This document shows, in pieces, positions 1 to 14,756 of a DNA stretch of 64,000 bases (the stretch's first letter is position 1; every line of letters starts with the position of its first letter). Under the pieces are notes generated by a model. It ran no database searches, was not told the DNA's origin, and saw nothing but the letters and a program-made list of their open reading frames with translations. This DNA comes from Eledone cirrhosa (Eukaryota). The stretch lies in the NCBI GenBank assembly GCA_964016885.1, contig OZ024749.1:3720001-3784000 (forward strand), read 5' to 3'. The translations under genes and the position numbers were made by a program.

Positions 1-120
1 TTTTAACTTATATAGAATAAATATGGTTTTATAAATATAGTTTCCATTTATTAATATCATTGATATATATATATATATATATACATAAATATATATATAT
101 ATACATATATGTATATATAT

Positions 121-276
<156 letters not shown>

Positions 277-277
277 C

Positions 278-308
<31 letters not shown>

Positions 309-385
309 TCAATGATATTAATATATATATATATTATATAATATAATATATATATATAATATAATATAATATAATAAATATATAT

Positions 386-438
<53 letters not shown>

Positions 439-631
439 ATGATATTAATAAATGGAAACTATATTTATAAAACCATATTTATTCTATTATATTTATTCCA
501 AGGGTACCAAAACTTTGGTACGGGTCAAGTTTTACCTGATAAAACGTAAACCGGTAAAACTTGAACCAGGTAAAATTTGAACCGTTAAGTTCTCATTCCT
601 GGATATGTCAATATTTATAATACAAGCTTTG

Positions 632-691
632 TATTTTATCCGATGAGAGCGTACCGAACTTTTGGTACCTAGAAATATATATAATAGAATA
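632..691 (+). ncRNA. Minimal type I hammerhead ribozyme, family A (CCGAUGA core variant)
   Basis: tattttat-CCGATGA-(gtacc/ggtac stem II)-GAAA-tatata-TA-atagaata; stem I arms are complementary; lies in a cassette with inverted ends at about 437-490 and 685-740. Confidence 0.7.
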
Positions 692-747
692 AATATGGTA
701 TTATAAATATAGTTTCCATTTATTAATATCATTGATATTAAACTCCA

Positions 748-788
<41 letters not shown>

Positions 789-879
789 GTTATTCCGGGT
801 TGAATCGGAGGTAACCACAGTAAGTAAGGTACTCAATACATAGCAGAGTACAAAATACCATATTTATTTTTTGATACCC

Positions 880-930
880 AGATTCCTGATGATTTCTAAT
901 GAATGAAACAGTTCTAGTCCTGTAGAATCT
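880..930 (+). ncRNA. Type I hammerhead ribozyme, family B
   Basis: agattc-CTGATGA-tttctaatgaat-GAAA-cag(ttctagtc)ctg-TA-gaatct; GUA cleavage triplet. Confidence 0.75.
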
Positions 931-961
931 CATCTATATTAAAACTTATATATATATATAT

Positions 962-1026
<65 letters not shown>

Positions 1027-1256
1027 CATATATATATGATGAAATGCCTATGATGGTTGGAAGATCACTGATGAAGGACAAACTTTTTTCATATGTAACC
1101 CATTCGCAACTCCGCAGCGCCCTTATTATCATATATATATATATATATATATATATAAACAAATAAATAAATGAATAAATGAATAAATGAATAAATAAAC
1201 AGATTAAATAAAGATGGCGTAGGTATACAATACAACAGGAGGAACATAATAATAGC

Positions 1257-1298
1257 ACAACTGACGATGTTGCAGATGTGCAACGAAAGGACTTTGTT
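1257..1298 (+). ncRNA. Degenerate hammerhead related to the PLE pLTR at 42597
   Basis: acaa-CTGACGA-t-gttgca/tgcaac-GAAA-ggact-ttgt; one base missing at the cleavage site; same upstream atggcgtagg motif as at about 42545. Confidence 0.55.
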
Positions 1299-1499
1299 AG
1301 AGTATATATATGTGTTTGTGTCTATATTATATCTGTATTTTTTTACCGTTAACTGATATAAAATATACAGAAGCGAAAACCAACCAAACAGTGAGTGTGT
1401 TCTGTTATTAATTCTGGCAATATTATTACAATAATATGACACTCCCCAAGTATAACAATATATATATGTAAGAGAGTATTGAAGTTTGCTTGAAGCACT

Positions 1500-2200
1500 G
1501 TGGAATAATAAAAACAATTTTTGGTCGTTTTGGAAGACCCAACAATGCATATGGGTAAATCTCCGAGTGACCAATTCGGTGGTGAAGAGAGAGATGTAAG
1601 GGAATGTAGAATGAGATGTACAGTAGGAAAGTGTGTGAAAAATAAAAATAATAACACGAGTTAGAGTTACCTTGGGAGAGATTTAATTGTCCCTATATTT
1701 CGGATTCGCATACATCAACTGTGGGGTTTTCCGGGGGGAGGCGGGAGTTATCTGTCGGAGAGGAACGGTACGTGGCCTCTGTTGTCCGCTGTCAACGGCG
1801 CATAATTGTAAAATACAAGACATAAGATGTGTAACATGTAGACCTAGTGGGTGACCAGCTGTAGAAGAGAACATCTTCAGGAAAGAAACCACTCCCGTCA
1901 AAATATATCGGCCCTCTAAACTATGGTGAGGTTGGGTAAGATCAGGTAAGGTATCAAAGTTGTGTTTCTACGAACCTTCCCATTGACATATTTCACCCAT
2001 TTGGTCTTCGTGTATTTACGTGTAGACATTTCGGCTTTTACCCGGCCATATCCTATCGGGAATTGTCTCTGAGGCATCATATATTGTTTTGGTATGTTTC
2101 TTACTATAGAAGAATTGCTCATTCTTTATATTAGAAGTACATTTTCCTATACACATTCTCGTTTGTAGGTAAATACCGAGGAATTTGACGTGGTGGCGGG
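1500..2200 (-). mobile_element. Degenerate Penelope-like fragment
   Basis: Minus-strand remnants HVKFLGIYL and SSIVRNIPK resemble the VVNFLDVTL and SIIKSIPKN motifs of the 26-28 kb PLE; 1510-1790 is homologous to 37480-37835. Confidence 0.4.
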
Positions 2201-2249
2201 TTTCAAAAAATGTTCTAGTTATTTAGGCATACCTATTAAACATTATTTT

Positions 2250-2438
2250 GGAGGATTGGCAGAATCGGTAGATGATCTGACGCCATGCTTTGCAGCAACG
2301 AGTCATGGCCCTTTATGGTCTGAGTTCAAATCCAGCCGAGGTTAAATTTGCCTTTCATCCTTACGGGATCGATAAAATAAAGCACCAATAATACATTGGT
2401 ATAATTGCTGGCCTTGAGCGAAAAGTAGAAACAATTAT
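2250..2438 (+). mobile_element. tRNA-derived SINE (octopus OR-like)
   Basis: A-box-like tggcagaatcggtag, B-box-like gagttcaaatcc, core tttgcctttcatcc...gataaaataaag; homologues at 17365, 51365, 52825 and 53060. Confidence 0.7.
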
Positions 2439-2621
2439 TTTTTCAAGCGATTCTGCTGCTGATTTGTTGGCGTTAAGATACTTGCAGAAGTGTTGTGCAT
2501 TTTCAAACATCCGCTCAAATAAGGCGATACGGCTGTACTCCGAATGGAATAACTGTTTCTTGTTTGTAATATATTATATAATGAGGGGTTAAATAAGCAA
2601 TGAATGTCTACGGTTTCAGGT

Positions 2622-2664
<43 letters not shown>

Positions 2665-2671
2665 TATATAA

Positions 2672-2756
<85 letters not shown>

Positions 2757-2763
2757 TATATAA

Positions 2764-2847
<84 letters not shown>

Positions 2848-2879
2848 GTATATATGTACGTATATATGTATAAATATTG

Positions 2880-2921
<42 letters not shown>

Positions 2922-2927
2922 ATATTT

Positions 2928-2958
<31 letters not shown>

Positions 2959-2979
2959 TTATAAAACTGGTCTATATTA

Positions 2980-3044
2980 TATTTTATCTGATGAAAGCAC
3001 TCCATAATTTAACTTGGTGTCCTTGAAATATGCATAATGAAATA
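2980..3044 (+). ncRNA. Minimal type I hammerhead, family A
   Basis: tattttat-CTGATGA-stem II-GAAA-tatgca-TA-atgaaata. Confidence 0.7.
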
Positions 3045-3594
3045 AATATGCTTGTATAAATATAGTTTCCATTTGTTAATATCGTGTTTTTACTCCAATT
3101 ATTTGTTGAGTGCTTTATATCAGTTATAAAAGTATTTGCTTGTATCCCAACAATTTAAATTGAACGTTCACACATATACATATATATATACATTTATATG
3201 TATGTATGAATAAATTCGAATTACATAATATATTATATAATACATGCAGCGGATGTATCGAACTAATGTTGTGTAATATGAAATAAATTTGCTGCGATTT
3301 AGATTTTACGGTTCAACAACTTTCACAGAAATGTTGCAGCTATCCTTGGCTAAATAGCGATAAAACTATAGAGAAATATCACATGATTGTTAGACAGCAA
3401 CATATTTAGTAGATATGGCGGATGCCGCTATATAACAGATGGAAAATTAGGAAGTTATAAAATACGGATTTATGTGAGATAAGTCAGTAAAGGAAGAAAT
3501 ACAGTTTAGTTGTGCCATATATATATATATATGTGCGTGTGTGTCTGTATGTGTGATGTGTGTATATATATATATTTATATATATATATATTAA

Positions 3595-3785
<191 letters not shown>

Positions 3786-3789
3786 ATGT

Positions 3790-4870
3790 AATCGGAGTTT
3801 TTCGAATATTATTAATCTTCGATTCATTTGAAATTATGCAAAAATCAACTTTTATGCGCCATGTTAGTAGAGTTGGCCCCTCGTTTTAGCTCTTGTTTTG
3901 GCATCCAAACAGAAATGCAGACACTAATGTTTCTGGGTGATTACACTACATCAGATCGCATTTCCTCTTGAAGTTGTACGATGCAGCCCTGCCGACAATA
4001 TCCCAGTGCGTGGAGAAGCTAATGTTTAAGTCTTTTAATGATGTAGTCCATGAGCGAAGTGGAGTGTCTTAGTTTTTTATTTGTGAAAGAGTGAAGATGT
4101 GTTCGAAACCTAATTTTGAACGGGCCGGAGATAACCCCTATATAATGTTTAAATCTATTGTGGCTAGTTAGAGTGCATCTATATATAACCCTATCAGTCA
4201 AGCAGTAGGGGGCAACATTCTCTATCGCGGCAGTTGCAATTTCTGTCGCGGTTCCATCTATTTCCCACGGTAAGGCTATCATTGTTGCTGCCTATGTTGT
4301 TACCTACGCTCCGGCAGCTGTTGTTAGAACCATTACAACACACAGCACGCGGGGTGGTGCGATTGATATTCCACACGTCATATCAGTTACTTGGCTTTGT
4401 CTTTGCGTGCAATTGTTCTCTAAGATACACATATGACGTATTATCTTCGTTTTTTTCGTTCATTGCCAGAGAACGTCCCCATGAACCACCTAAGAGAACA
4501 TTGGTCTACGACCTCTTTTATACCATAAACGTGGTTCTGTCTTTGCGCGTAATTGTTTTTCACAGCTCCTATTAATGACGTATATTCGTTTTTTCCCGTT
4601 CTTTGCCAGCGAACGTTTCCACGAACCAAAGTATCGTCTTTCTGTCTTCCTCCTGTTGCAAGGTTTTTTTAAATATCCACTTCTGAGTTTACAGATTGAC
4701 TTTGTTAGTTTCAGAAGATCCCGTTAAGGGTGAAAGCAGCGATTCTTTGCTTAAACTTTAATCTGTTATTTTAATAAATATTTTCTCTACGGATCTTATA
4801 TATTTGATATATATTTATCCTTATCGAGCCCTCTTTGGATTTTAGTCTTCAAATTTATTATTATTACTAT
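3790..4870 (-). mobile_element. Internally deleted Penelope-like element with GIY-YIG remnant
   Basis: ORF 4019-4282 contains CLTDRVIYRC...YIG...FKIRFRTH...HSTSL, colinear with the GIY-YIG at 26114-26560; bounded by TA-rich tracts. Confidence 0.7.
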
Positions 4871-5378
4871 ATATATATATATATATGCTTTGAATAAACC
4901 CTATGATATCGCTTATTCATGTTAATCGTCATTTTACCTCTTATGATATACGGACACACGCAGTGAAGTGTGCGTGTGTGTATGGGTGTATGTGTGTGTG
5001 GGTGTGCATGTGGGTATGTGTGTGTGCGTGTGTATGTGTCAAATTCCTTTGGATTTAGATACATGATAAAAATGCTCAATAACAACGTAGGGAATATCAT
5101 ATTACCGAGATAAATCTCTGTTCGTGCTCTGAATATACGAATAAAGTATATTGTCTTTACCATAATATCATTATATCTTAAAATATATTACACAACAATG
5201 GATTTGAAAAGAAATTAGACGCTTGTAATTTATTGTTATATTATCCAGAGCCATTATCATTTCCATAAATACTGTGTCAACAAAAATAAGTTTCTTGTTG
5301 CGTGACCTGCGGTAATCCATGTAACTCGGAGTTAGTAAAGTAATCTTAGTAATATATATATATATATATTATATATAT

Positions 5379-5463
<85 letters not shown>

Positions 5464-6136
5464 CTCTGAATTTCCAATCTTTTGATTAGTGAAACCGTCG
5501 GTAACGTCAAGAGAACAGGTGAATATTTAAATCGTTTTTTTAATTTATTTAAAAGATTGTTTGATGATTACTTGTTCCGCTCATTTTTATAGTTCTGGTA
5601 TCTCAAATTAGTACCATCGAACCACATCTATTATAAACACCATGCACATTTATGTAAGTATTTAGTGCCTGTCGGAATATCCTTACACTTTTAAAATTGT
5701 CCTCCTATATGTAGAGAACAAAACGTTGTATCGCGCTGCTATTTTTAGCGGCATGATCAAGAAGTATACTTGAGCACGTGTGTAAGCATGTGTGTGTGTG
5801 TGTGTATATGTGTGTATGTGTGTGTGGGTGTGTGGGTGTGGGTGTTTTATTATAGGGACGTACGAAGCTATGAAGAAAAGTGTGCGTATATGTGAATAAA
5901 TGAGTGCGTGCATGTAAGTACGAAGCTATGAGCAAATGTATGTTAATATAAGGGTGTGTATCGGCATGTATTAGTAGTAAGAGAAGCTGCTAATGATCAA
6001 GAGAAAGCGATAGGAATCAATGGGTCTGTTGATGGACGGGGTATTAGAGAAATTGGAGAGGTGACTTGAGTCCAAGAGGGGTATAGGACCCTAGAGGGAG
6101 TATCAGATTTTGTTCAGTCCTGGTGCGCCATACATA

Positions 6137-6175
<39 letters not shown>

Positions 6176-6190
6176 TAACCATCTTTTAAT

Positions 6191-6258
<68 letters not shown>

Positions 6259-6299
6259 TATAATATATAAGATCAAAAGATGGTTAAAAGAGTTACATG

Positions 6300-6370
6300 T
6301 ATTTTATTATGCGCATTTCAAAAACAAATATCATCATGCAATAATATTTGTGTTTTCATCAGATAAAATA
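6300..6370 (-). ncRNA. Type I hammerhead, family C
   Basis: Reverse complement of 7521-7591. Confidence 0.8.
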
Positions 6371-7520
6371 GGAAGACATGATATGAAGGTTAAAAAACAC
6401 TTGTGAATAGTGCTGATTTGAATCAACATATGAAAAGTAGTTTTAGATTGATGTGTGATATTGGGAAAAAAATGTTGAGGGGGGTGAATGATGAAAAAGA
6501 GGAGGAGATGAGAGTAAAAAGTGGAGGGGGAGGAGTATAATGAGGAAGGATGAGATAGGAAGAGAGATGGGTGATAGAGAGAGATAGCTTTTATAACTGA
6601 GAAAAATATATTGTTTTACATAGAGAGGTTGAAAAACTGTTGGAAGATAATCTATAAATTAAAAGAATTTGAAAATTAACGAAGAGAAAAATAATGTAAA
6701 GTTAAGGTTTGTATATTGAAGGGTTTAATAATATGTGCGATGAAAAGAAAATGTTAATATGTATTAAGAATAATATTTAAGGGTTTAATAACATGTGCGA
6801 TGGAAAGAAAATCTTAATATGTATTAAGAATCATATTTAAGGGTTTAATAATAAGTGCGATGGAAAGAAAATGTTGATATGTATTATAAAAAAAAACAAA
6901 AGTAATGTAAGTAAGGATATATTGTGAGATGAGCATGAATAAGTTAGATGAAAGGGAGAAAAAATAATGAATTGAGGATGAATAATCTAACGTCAAAAAA
7001 ATGTGTTGATGTTTACGAAGGATTTTTTCAATGTGATATAAGGTAAGGATATATTGTATTGTGTAATAATTGTTTCTATGTTAGGCACATTGAGAAAAGG
7101 TACATATTAGGGGTTAGAAATTAAAAGAAAAAGAAAAGAAAAGGAAAAGGAAGAAAGGGAAGTGATAAATAGGAGTGATACAGAATGAGTAAGAAGTATT
7201 ATATAATGTATAATAAATAACTTTGAAATAAGTTAGAAAAATGGGTATATTTTTAAAGAAGTATATATATATATATGTGCCTTTGAGATAAGGATTCTAA
7301 ATTGATAAAGTATTGGATATTAGCTGTATACTTTGTGGAATGTTCTGTGGAATTTATGCGAGCAGAGAGAAAACAAATCAGTGCGTCTATTTATTATAAA
7401 ATCTAAATTAGATATAATTTTTTTTCCCAATATCACACATCAATCTAAAACTACTTTTCATATGTTGATTCAAAAATGTACTATTCACAAGTGTTCTTTA
7501 ACCTTCATATCATGTCTTCC

Positions 7521-7591
7521 TATTTTATCTGATGAAAACACAAATATTATTGCATGATGTTATTTGTTTTTGAAATGCGCATAATAAAATA
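7521..7591 (+). ncRNA. Type I hammerhead, family C
   Basis: tattttat-CTGATGA-aaacacaaata...tatttgttttt-GAAA-tgcgca-TA-ataaaata; perfect 8-bp stem I and palindromic stem III. Confidence 0.85.
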
Positions 7592-7737
7592 CATGGAACT
7601 CTTTTAACCCTCTTTTGATCTTATATATTATGTATACTCCAGTCCTACAAACTGTAGAGTGCTTCTTATCCGATATCTGCATTGCTTTATTGTACTACAA
7701 TAAAACTCACCTCCTACATATATATATATATATATAT

Positions 7738-7854
7738 ATAGGAACGAGTAGGACCCCGACGGCTGAGCTCAAGCCGTTTCAACGGTTAATTCTGGACTCA
7801 GAATTAGCCGTCGAAACGGCTTGAGCTCAGCCGTCGGGGTCCTACTCGTTCCTA
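7738..7854. repeat. Fold-back palindrome containing the 3' half of a hammerhead on each strand
   Basis: ataggaacgagtagg...cctactcgttcctat; GAAA-cggct..agccg-TC-gggg on both strands; centre is a hairpin loop at about 7795. Confidence 0.75.
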
Positions 7855-7977
7855 TTACCCACTCTACTACCCTAAGTATTGAGTACTTTGGTGCGTTATG
7901 GTCCACCTGGCTCCTTACCACATTTCCTTCTGTATATATATATACAGACACACACACACACACACATACACACACAC

Positions 7978-8058
<81 letters not shown>

Positions 8059-8090
8059 TAACATATATATGTATATACATATATACATAC

Positions 8091-8190
<100 letters not shown>

Positions 8191-8209
8191 GTATATATAC
8201 ATATACATA

Positions 8210-9112
8210 CAGGGTGTTCGGGATAAATTTGACAGTTTCATCAGGAAAAAGAAAAAGTGCTTGGTATCTACAAAATTTATTTGATTTAAAAGAAATTCAA
8301 TGGACAAGGAAATTACACTATTGTCAAAGAGTTTTACACAAAATAACCGCCATTAGCGTCTATTACAGCCTCAATCCGGGCCCGGAACCTGGAGCAAGCT
8401 GATTTTACACTTTCCCTGGGAAGGCCCCCAAAAACTACTTTAATTCTGTCGATTAACTGGGCTTTTGTAGTACTGGCATGGCGATTGGTGTCTTTCTCTA
8501 CAGCGCCCCATACATAATAGTCCATCGGGTTAAGATCAGGGGAGTTCGGAGGCAAAACATTGGGACTGGTGTAGTCGTAAAAATTGGCTGACAACCATTT
8601 TCTGTGAGAAGTTGACCTCTGCGACGCTTGTATGAGTAGTAGCGAAGGTCTTCATTGAGTGCAATCTTCATAGTAGAGGCTGAAACATTCAATTCACGCG
8701 ACAAAGACCGAATTCCGATGCCAGGGTCCTACAACACCTTTTTCTGCAGATTTTCGGGGAATTCTGCTGTGCGAGAGCAATCAGATCTTCTGTGATGTTT
8801 CTTTCTTCTAGCCACAGCCTCGTAGTCTCCATTGCAATTCTCCAGTTCATGCCGGATTGTTTTTACAGTGTTCAGGGAGCATTGAGCAGCGACCATAATC
8901 TCCTTATTTTGATGACCGGCGCGAATCATCATGATACAAGTTATTCTCTTCCATGATTCAGGTGGCTCCCAGTCATCCATTCTCGTTGTCATCACATATA
9001 TGAATGAAGGAGGGTTTAAACTTTCAAATAAAGCCTAGTGGGCATGAATGAATTTAAAACATCTGAAAAAACAACCAAATATTATTCTGTCAAATTTATC
9101 CCGAACACCCTG
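8210..9112 (-). mobile_element. Tc1/mariner transposon, internally deleted
   Basis: Perfect 26-bp TIRs cagggtgttcgggataaatttgacag flanked by TA; HTH-like N-terminus (8729-8995, 8498-8704) and PPNSPDLNPMDYYVW...[13 protein letters not shown]-terminus; the first catalytic aspartates are missing. Confidence 0.92.
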
Positions 9113-9933
9113 TATATGTATATGTATATATGTATATGTATATGTATATATACATACATATACATATACATATATATATATATATATGTATATGTATATG
9201 TATATATATATGTATATGGTAGTGGCTGGGGTGGGTGGGGTTGGTGCACCACAATCCCTGCCTGTCGGCTAGAACATGTAATAGAGTAATACACTAATTG
9301 AGTAATGTACATACACGCCGGTGTATGTTTGTATGTGTGTTTGCGTGTATGTGTGTGTCCTTGTAGTTGTGTTAATAAGAGCGTCAATTGCCAATGGCAT
9401 GCAGGAACTCCACCAAACGTAATCTATAAACCTACATTTACTCCAATCAAGGAAAAGTATAAGTTAAATTAAAATAAATCAGATAAAATAAAACTAATGT
9501 CAAAGGTAGAGCAAATCTGCACGATACGGTGTTACTTGTCAGATGGTCGACGTTATGTTGTTGCTGTCATTAATCATAGTTACTGTGACACTGCAGCGAC
9601 TGTACACCATTGGCTAATTAGGGTTGTACACAAGAAATCTGCATGAGCACCAGATATATTAGATTACATACTACCAATATATCGGAGTCCGTATACAGAA
9701 ACTAGCCAAAAGTGTGTATGTGGGTATTTATACATATACCCTTCCACCACCTGTTTTACCCCCCTTTTAATTTCAGTTTATTTAGATCATGCTTTTATAT
9801 TTAAATTTATTTCATTCCTTGTATTTTGATCATGCTTTATTTTTATTTTTTTCATTCGCACCGTTTCCTTCCGCTATATGTCTCTCCACCACTCCCCTAC
9901 ACACCCTTTGAACTCTGTTCCCACACACTTCTC

Positions 9934-9965
9934 ACCTGAGGAAGGGCTTATGCCCGAAACGTCGT
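9934..9965 (+). ncRNA. Minimal hammerhead core with weak stem I
   Basis: CTGAGGA-a-gggc/ttat/gccc-GAAA-cg-TC; only 2 bp of stem I remain. Confidence 0.4.
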
Positions 9966-10053
9966 CCCCCACCAACACTCCACTCTCCAGAACGTGAAAT
10001 TAATAAACATTCGTTGTACTGCCTCTCTGTTTTGTCCCTGTTCAAATGTTTCC

Positions 10054-10084
<31 letters not shown>

Positions 10085-10088
<4 letters not shown>

Positions 10089-10855
10089 GTAAATGTGTAC
10101 AAGGCATGTGTGCTCTCTTCTCATATTTATACCTGCGAGACCTGTGACACATATCGACACCACCTTAAACAGTTGGACTGTTTCCATCAAATGTGTCTCA
10201 GACGAAACCATGGCGATCATTGGATGGACCACATGAGTGATGTCGAGATTTTGGAAAGCTCTTTGTGTGAAAGCATAGATGCTCTTCTGCTTAAGCAAAG
10301 ACTTCAATGGAGTGTCTCCTTGCCAGGATGAAGGATTTTAGGATACCAACACAACTCGTTTATGGAGAGTTAGTTAAAGGAAAACGACATCCCCATGAAC
10401 CATAAAAGAGGTATAAGGATTCGTTGAAAGCCTCCTTGAAAGAGGCTAACATATCTGCTGATACATGGGAAAGCGTGGCTGCTGATCGTAATAAATGGAG
10501 AAAGACTGTACATGACGGAAACAATGCTTTTGAAGCATCTCGAATCACATACGAGAAGGTAAAGAGGGAAGTCAGGAAAGGCATTGCTGTTACATTTCCA
10601 GACAGCAAAGCTCCTTCTATGGCGCTGAGATGCAGCGTCTGTGCGAGACTCTGCCTCAGCAAAGCTGGACTCAAACGTTATCTTTGCCGTCATAAATTGA
10701 GACTAGTGGTTGACTACCAGGCTGATGTCGGAGATGCCACTCATCATATCTGTCAAGCATTTGGAAAGGATTGTAGATCAGCAGAAGGGCTCAAACGACC
10801 TGCAAAAATACATGGAGACCAACTACAGCCAGCTATTGCCAGTGAATGTTTTTAA
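10085..10855 (+). mobile_element. RTE-clade LINE 3' fragment with C-terminal C2H2-like zinc fingers (frameshifted)
   Basis: VYKACVLSSHIYTCET...QRLQW, LVYGELVKGKR, DTWESVAADRNKWR, CSVCARLCLSKAGLKRYLCRH. Confidence 0.8.
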
Positions 10856-11713
10856 CATGGTTGCCAATTCTCTGAAATATATTTTAGATCAATAGCTGGG
10901 CTAAATACTCAAATTCGATCGAAACACTGTTGTATGTAGGCATGATTATATTGCAAGTAATACATGAGATACACAAATGAACTGTAAACATATATTGCGT
11001 TCTGTGAAAAAACTATTATAGAGCAGACGAATTAATAAACGAATATATGAGAAATTGAACACAGAATTACTTACACCGCACCAACTAATTACACTACAGA
11101 GTACTAAAGCCAAGCTCCCCCCCCCCCCCCCCACCACACACACCTCGGCATATGAATAAAACAGAAGCATCATACGACCCCTACTAGAACAATACCTAAA
11201 GTATTGCCCGACGAAATGTTGGCTACAAGCATGAGAGTTCGATCCTTCGTGAGTACAAATGTTTCAATGATCATATATTACAATATTTTACAATTTTAAC
11301 AAAGATCAATAGAAATATATTAGAAAACACACCCCGAAAGATACTACATACATTCTACAACAATTGGAACTGTAAATATTCACTGCTCCGCCAAACAAAA
11401 GAAACAATATATATTTAACTATGGTGATTTTGCACAAAACTTTAACCAATACTAATATACACAGTCTCGTTAATGTTACAGACATATCATAAACAGAGAA
11501 AACACTTCACTGATGTCGTATATATGTTAGGTTAATAATTAGGTGGTCCTATTTAAAACAAATAATTTTGTTCAATATGAATGTTGAAGACAGACGGTCG
11601 TTGCATTCTACACCCGGAAGTCTGAAAAATGTTGATGGACTTTGAAACATGATTATTCTAATTAAAAACATGCGACATCTAAAGTGTAAGATATAATATA
11701 AAAAAATGCAACT

Positions 11714-11825
<112 letters not shown>

Positions 11826-12203
11826 ATCTATCTATATATCTCTCTCTCTCTCCTTCTCTCTCTCTCTCGCTCTCTCTATCTCTCTCTCTCTCTCTCTTTA
11901 TGAAATTATACACAAGAAATTCGCACAGTTTCAAAGAACAAACAGACCTCCTTCATAAAAGAAAATGCCTGAAGCATTACGCGTTTAGGTGGTTCTACAT
12001 TGATGATGTTAGTTGAGGAGAATAGAGCGGATCAGTTGGTAATTTACAAGAGAAGCACTAACAATGGAATCATGGTGAAGACTATACCTGTGTATCTTGT
12101 GTGAAAATCAACGATAAGTACGCAAAGAATAGAAATTAGAAATAGGTAGACAAGTTGTAATTTCCACTAGATATAGATCTATTTACAGAAGATGTCTGCA
12201 TTA

Positions 12204-12293
<90 letters not shown>

Positions 12294-12491
12294 GTATGTA
12301 CGTATGTATGTATAGATATTTATTTCTACATATTTCTGCATGCAAATATATATATATCTGTATATATATATATATATATATACAGTATATATATACATAT
12401 ATATATAAATATATGTATATATATATATGTATGTATATATATATACACATATATATATATATATGTATATACATATACATATATATATAAA

Positions 12492-12537
<46 letters not shown>

Positions 12538-12565
12538 ATATACGTACATGTATATATGTTATATA

Positions 12566-12616
<51 letters not shown>

Positions 12617-12644
12617 TACATAGATAATTATACATATATATATA

Positions 12645-12703
<59 letters not shown>

Positions 12704-12709
12704 TATAAA

Positions 12710-12817
<108 letters not shown>

Positions 12818-12831
12818 TACATATATAAAAA

Positions 12832-12892
<61 letters not shown>

Positions 12893-13200
12893 CTGCAGTT
12901 AGGAGGATTTATTTATGTGATATGAATTATTCTTGAATTTCAATCTGAATAGCAATCTAATTAACAGAGATATCTATATGAAGTATTAAAACAATGAGAT
13001 CCTAATAAATGTGTCTGATAGCTTAATTTATACATCAACAAAAAATTATACGAACTAATTCAATTAATCTTTTATATTTCAAACAATTATGTCGCTTTTC
13101 CGTTTCTGCGTGCATACCTGCATATATAAATGTAAGTATTTTTGTATGTGCATATAGTGATGTTCCATGTATAAACACACATGCTACAGTATCCATGTGC

Positions 13201-13339
<139 letters not shown>

Positions 13340-13341
13340 TA

Positions 13342-13376
<35 letters not shown>

Positions 13377-13410
13377 GTTTCTGTATGTGTGTGTAAATAT
13401 ATATATATAC

Positions 13411-13460
<50 letters not shown>

Positions 13461-13741
13461 TTTATATATGTTTCCATGAAAGTGAGAATGTGTAAAAATT
13501 TGTCGTACAGACGCATTTTTTATAATATTCTCATAAAATTCGAGACAGTACTAAAGGGTTTGATGAAATTAGTGATAAACTCTAGAACATAAAGAAATCG
13601 GACACACACACACATACAAACTTCGACACAGAGAAACACACACACACATTTATAAACATAGAAATACACATAAATATATATGCGTGGGTGGATAAACACA
13701 CACACACTCGCACACTCACACACATATATATATATATATAT

Positions 13742-13812
<71 letters not shown>

Positions 13813-14187
13813 ATATATACATGTATATATATATACATGTATATATATATATACATGTATATTCAGGCGTTATATTTACCGTGTGTGTAATATGTGAACA
13901 CAGATGTATATCGTTAGTCTATGATGAAACAAAAACTTTACAACCGTTCAATGTTAAAATAGATATCCCATCTGATAACAGCCTTGCCTTTGGCGTCTTG
14001 TAATTTTAATATTATATTATTGTTATTTCCTCTTAAGATTCAACAGATAACATCGTAATGAGAATGTGTATTATGCTTCATTTGACATTAACATAAGCAA
14101 TAAATTGTCTATAAAATATACTTACATATGTCAACCTCATAAACTACTATTTGTACTGCCTCTCCATTTTTGTTCCTGTCCAATTTT

Positions 14188-14226
<39 letters not shown>

Positions 14227-14358
14227 GTGTGTCTGTGAGGGTGTGTGCTTCAACATATATTAACACAAACTCACACAATGACACACACACACATATACAT
14301 ATGTATACATATATACATATGTACACACAAACACACACACACACACACACACATACAC

Positions 14359-14406
<48 letters not shown>

Positions 14407-14520
14407 TTCTATTTGCGTTTGTGTTTCCGCCCGCACATATTAAATATTTTCATATCTCCATGCAAATCTGCGTATTCTTGGTTAACCTCTTCAACTGTTA
14501 CATACTTGTTAATTTATATA

Positions 14521-14598
<78 letters not shown>

Positions 14599-14756
14599 TT
14601 AGTTATACTATTTATGGTTATGTAAATACAAAACCTTATGCAATTATAAGTATTTTACACACACCCTAAATAGTGGTGGGCAGTAATGTATTACTACCTT
14701 ATTACCAGTAAGTTAAGTAGCTCAATGTAAAAACATCAGATGATTTACAGAGCAGT

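Larger units (their letters stand above)
6172..7630. mobile_element. PLE-derived element with long inverted repeats, each arm carrying a hammerhead
   Basis: About 6265-6465 is the reverse complement of about 7420-7630; the interior has decayed PLE-like coding (NVPNIETII) and a ~60-bp tandem repeat at 6715-6890. Confidence 0.65.
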
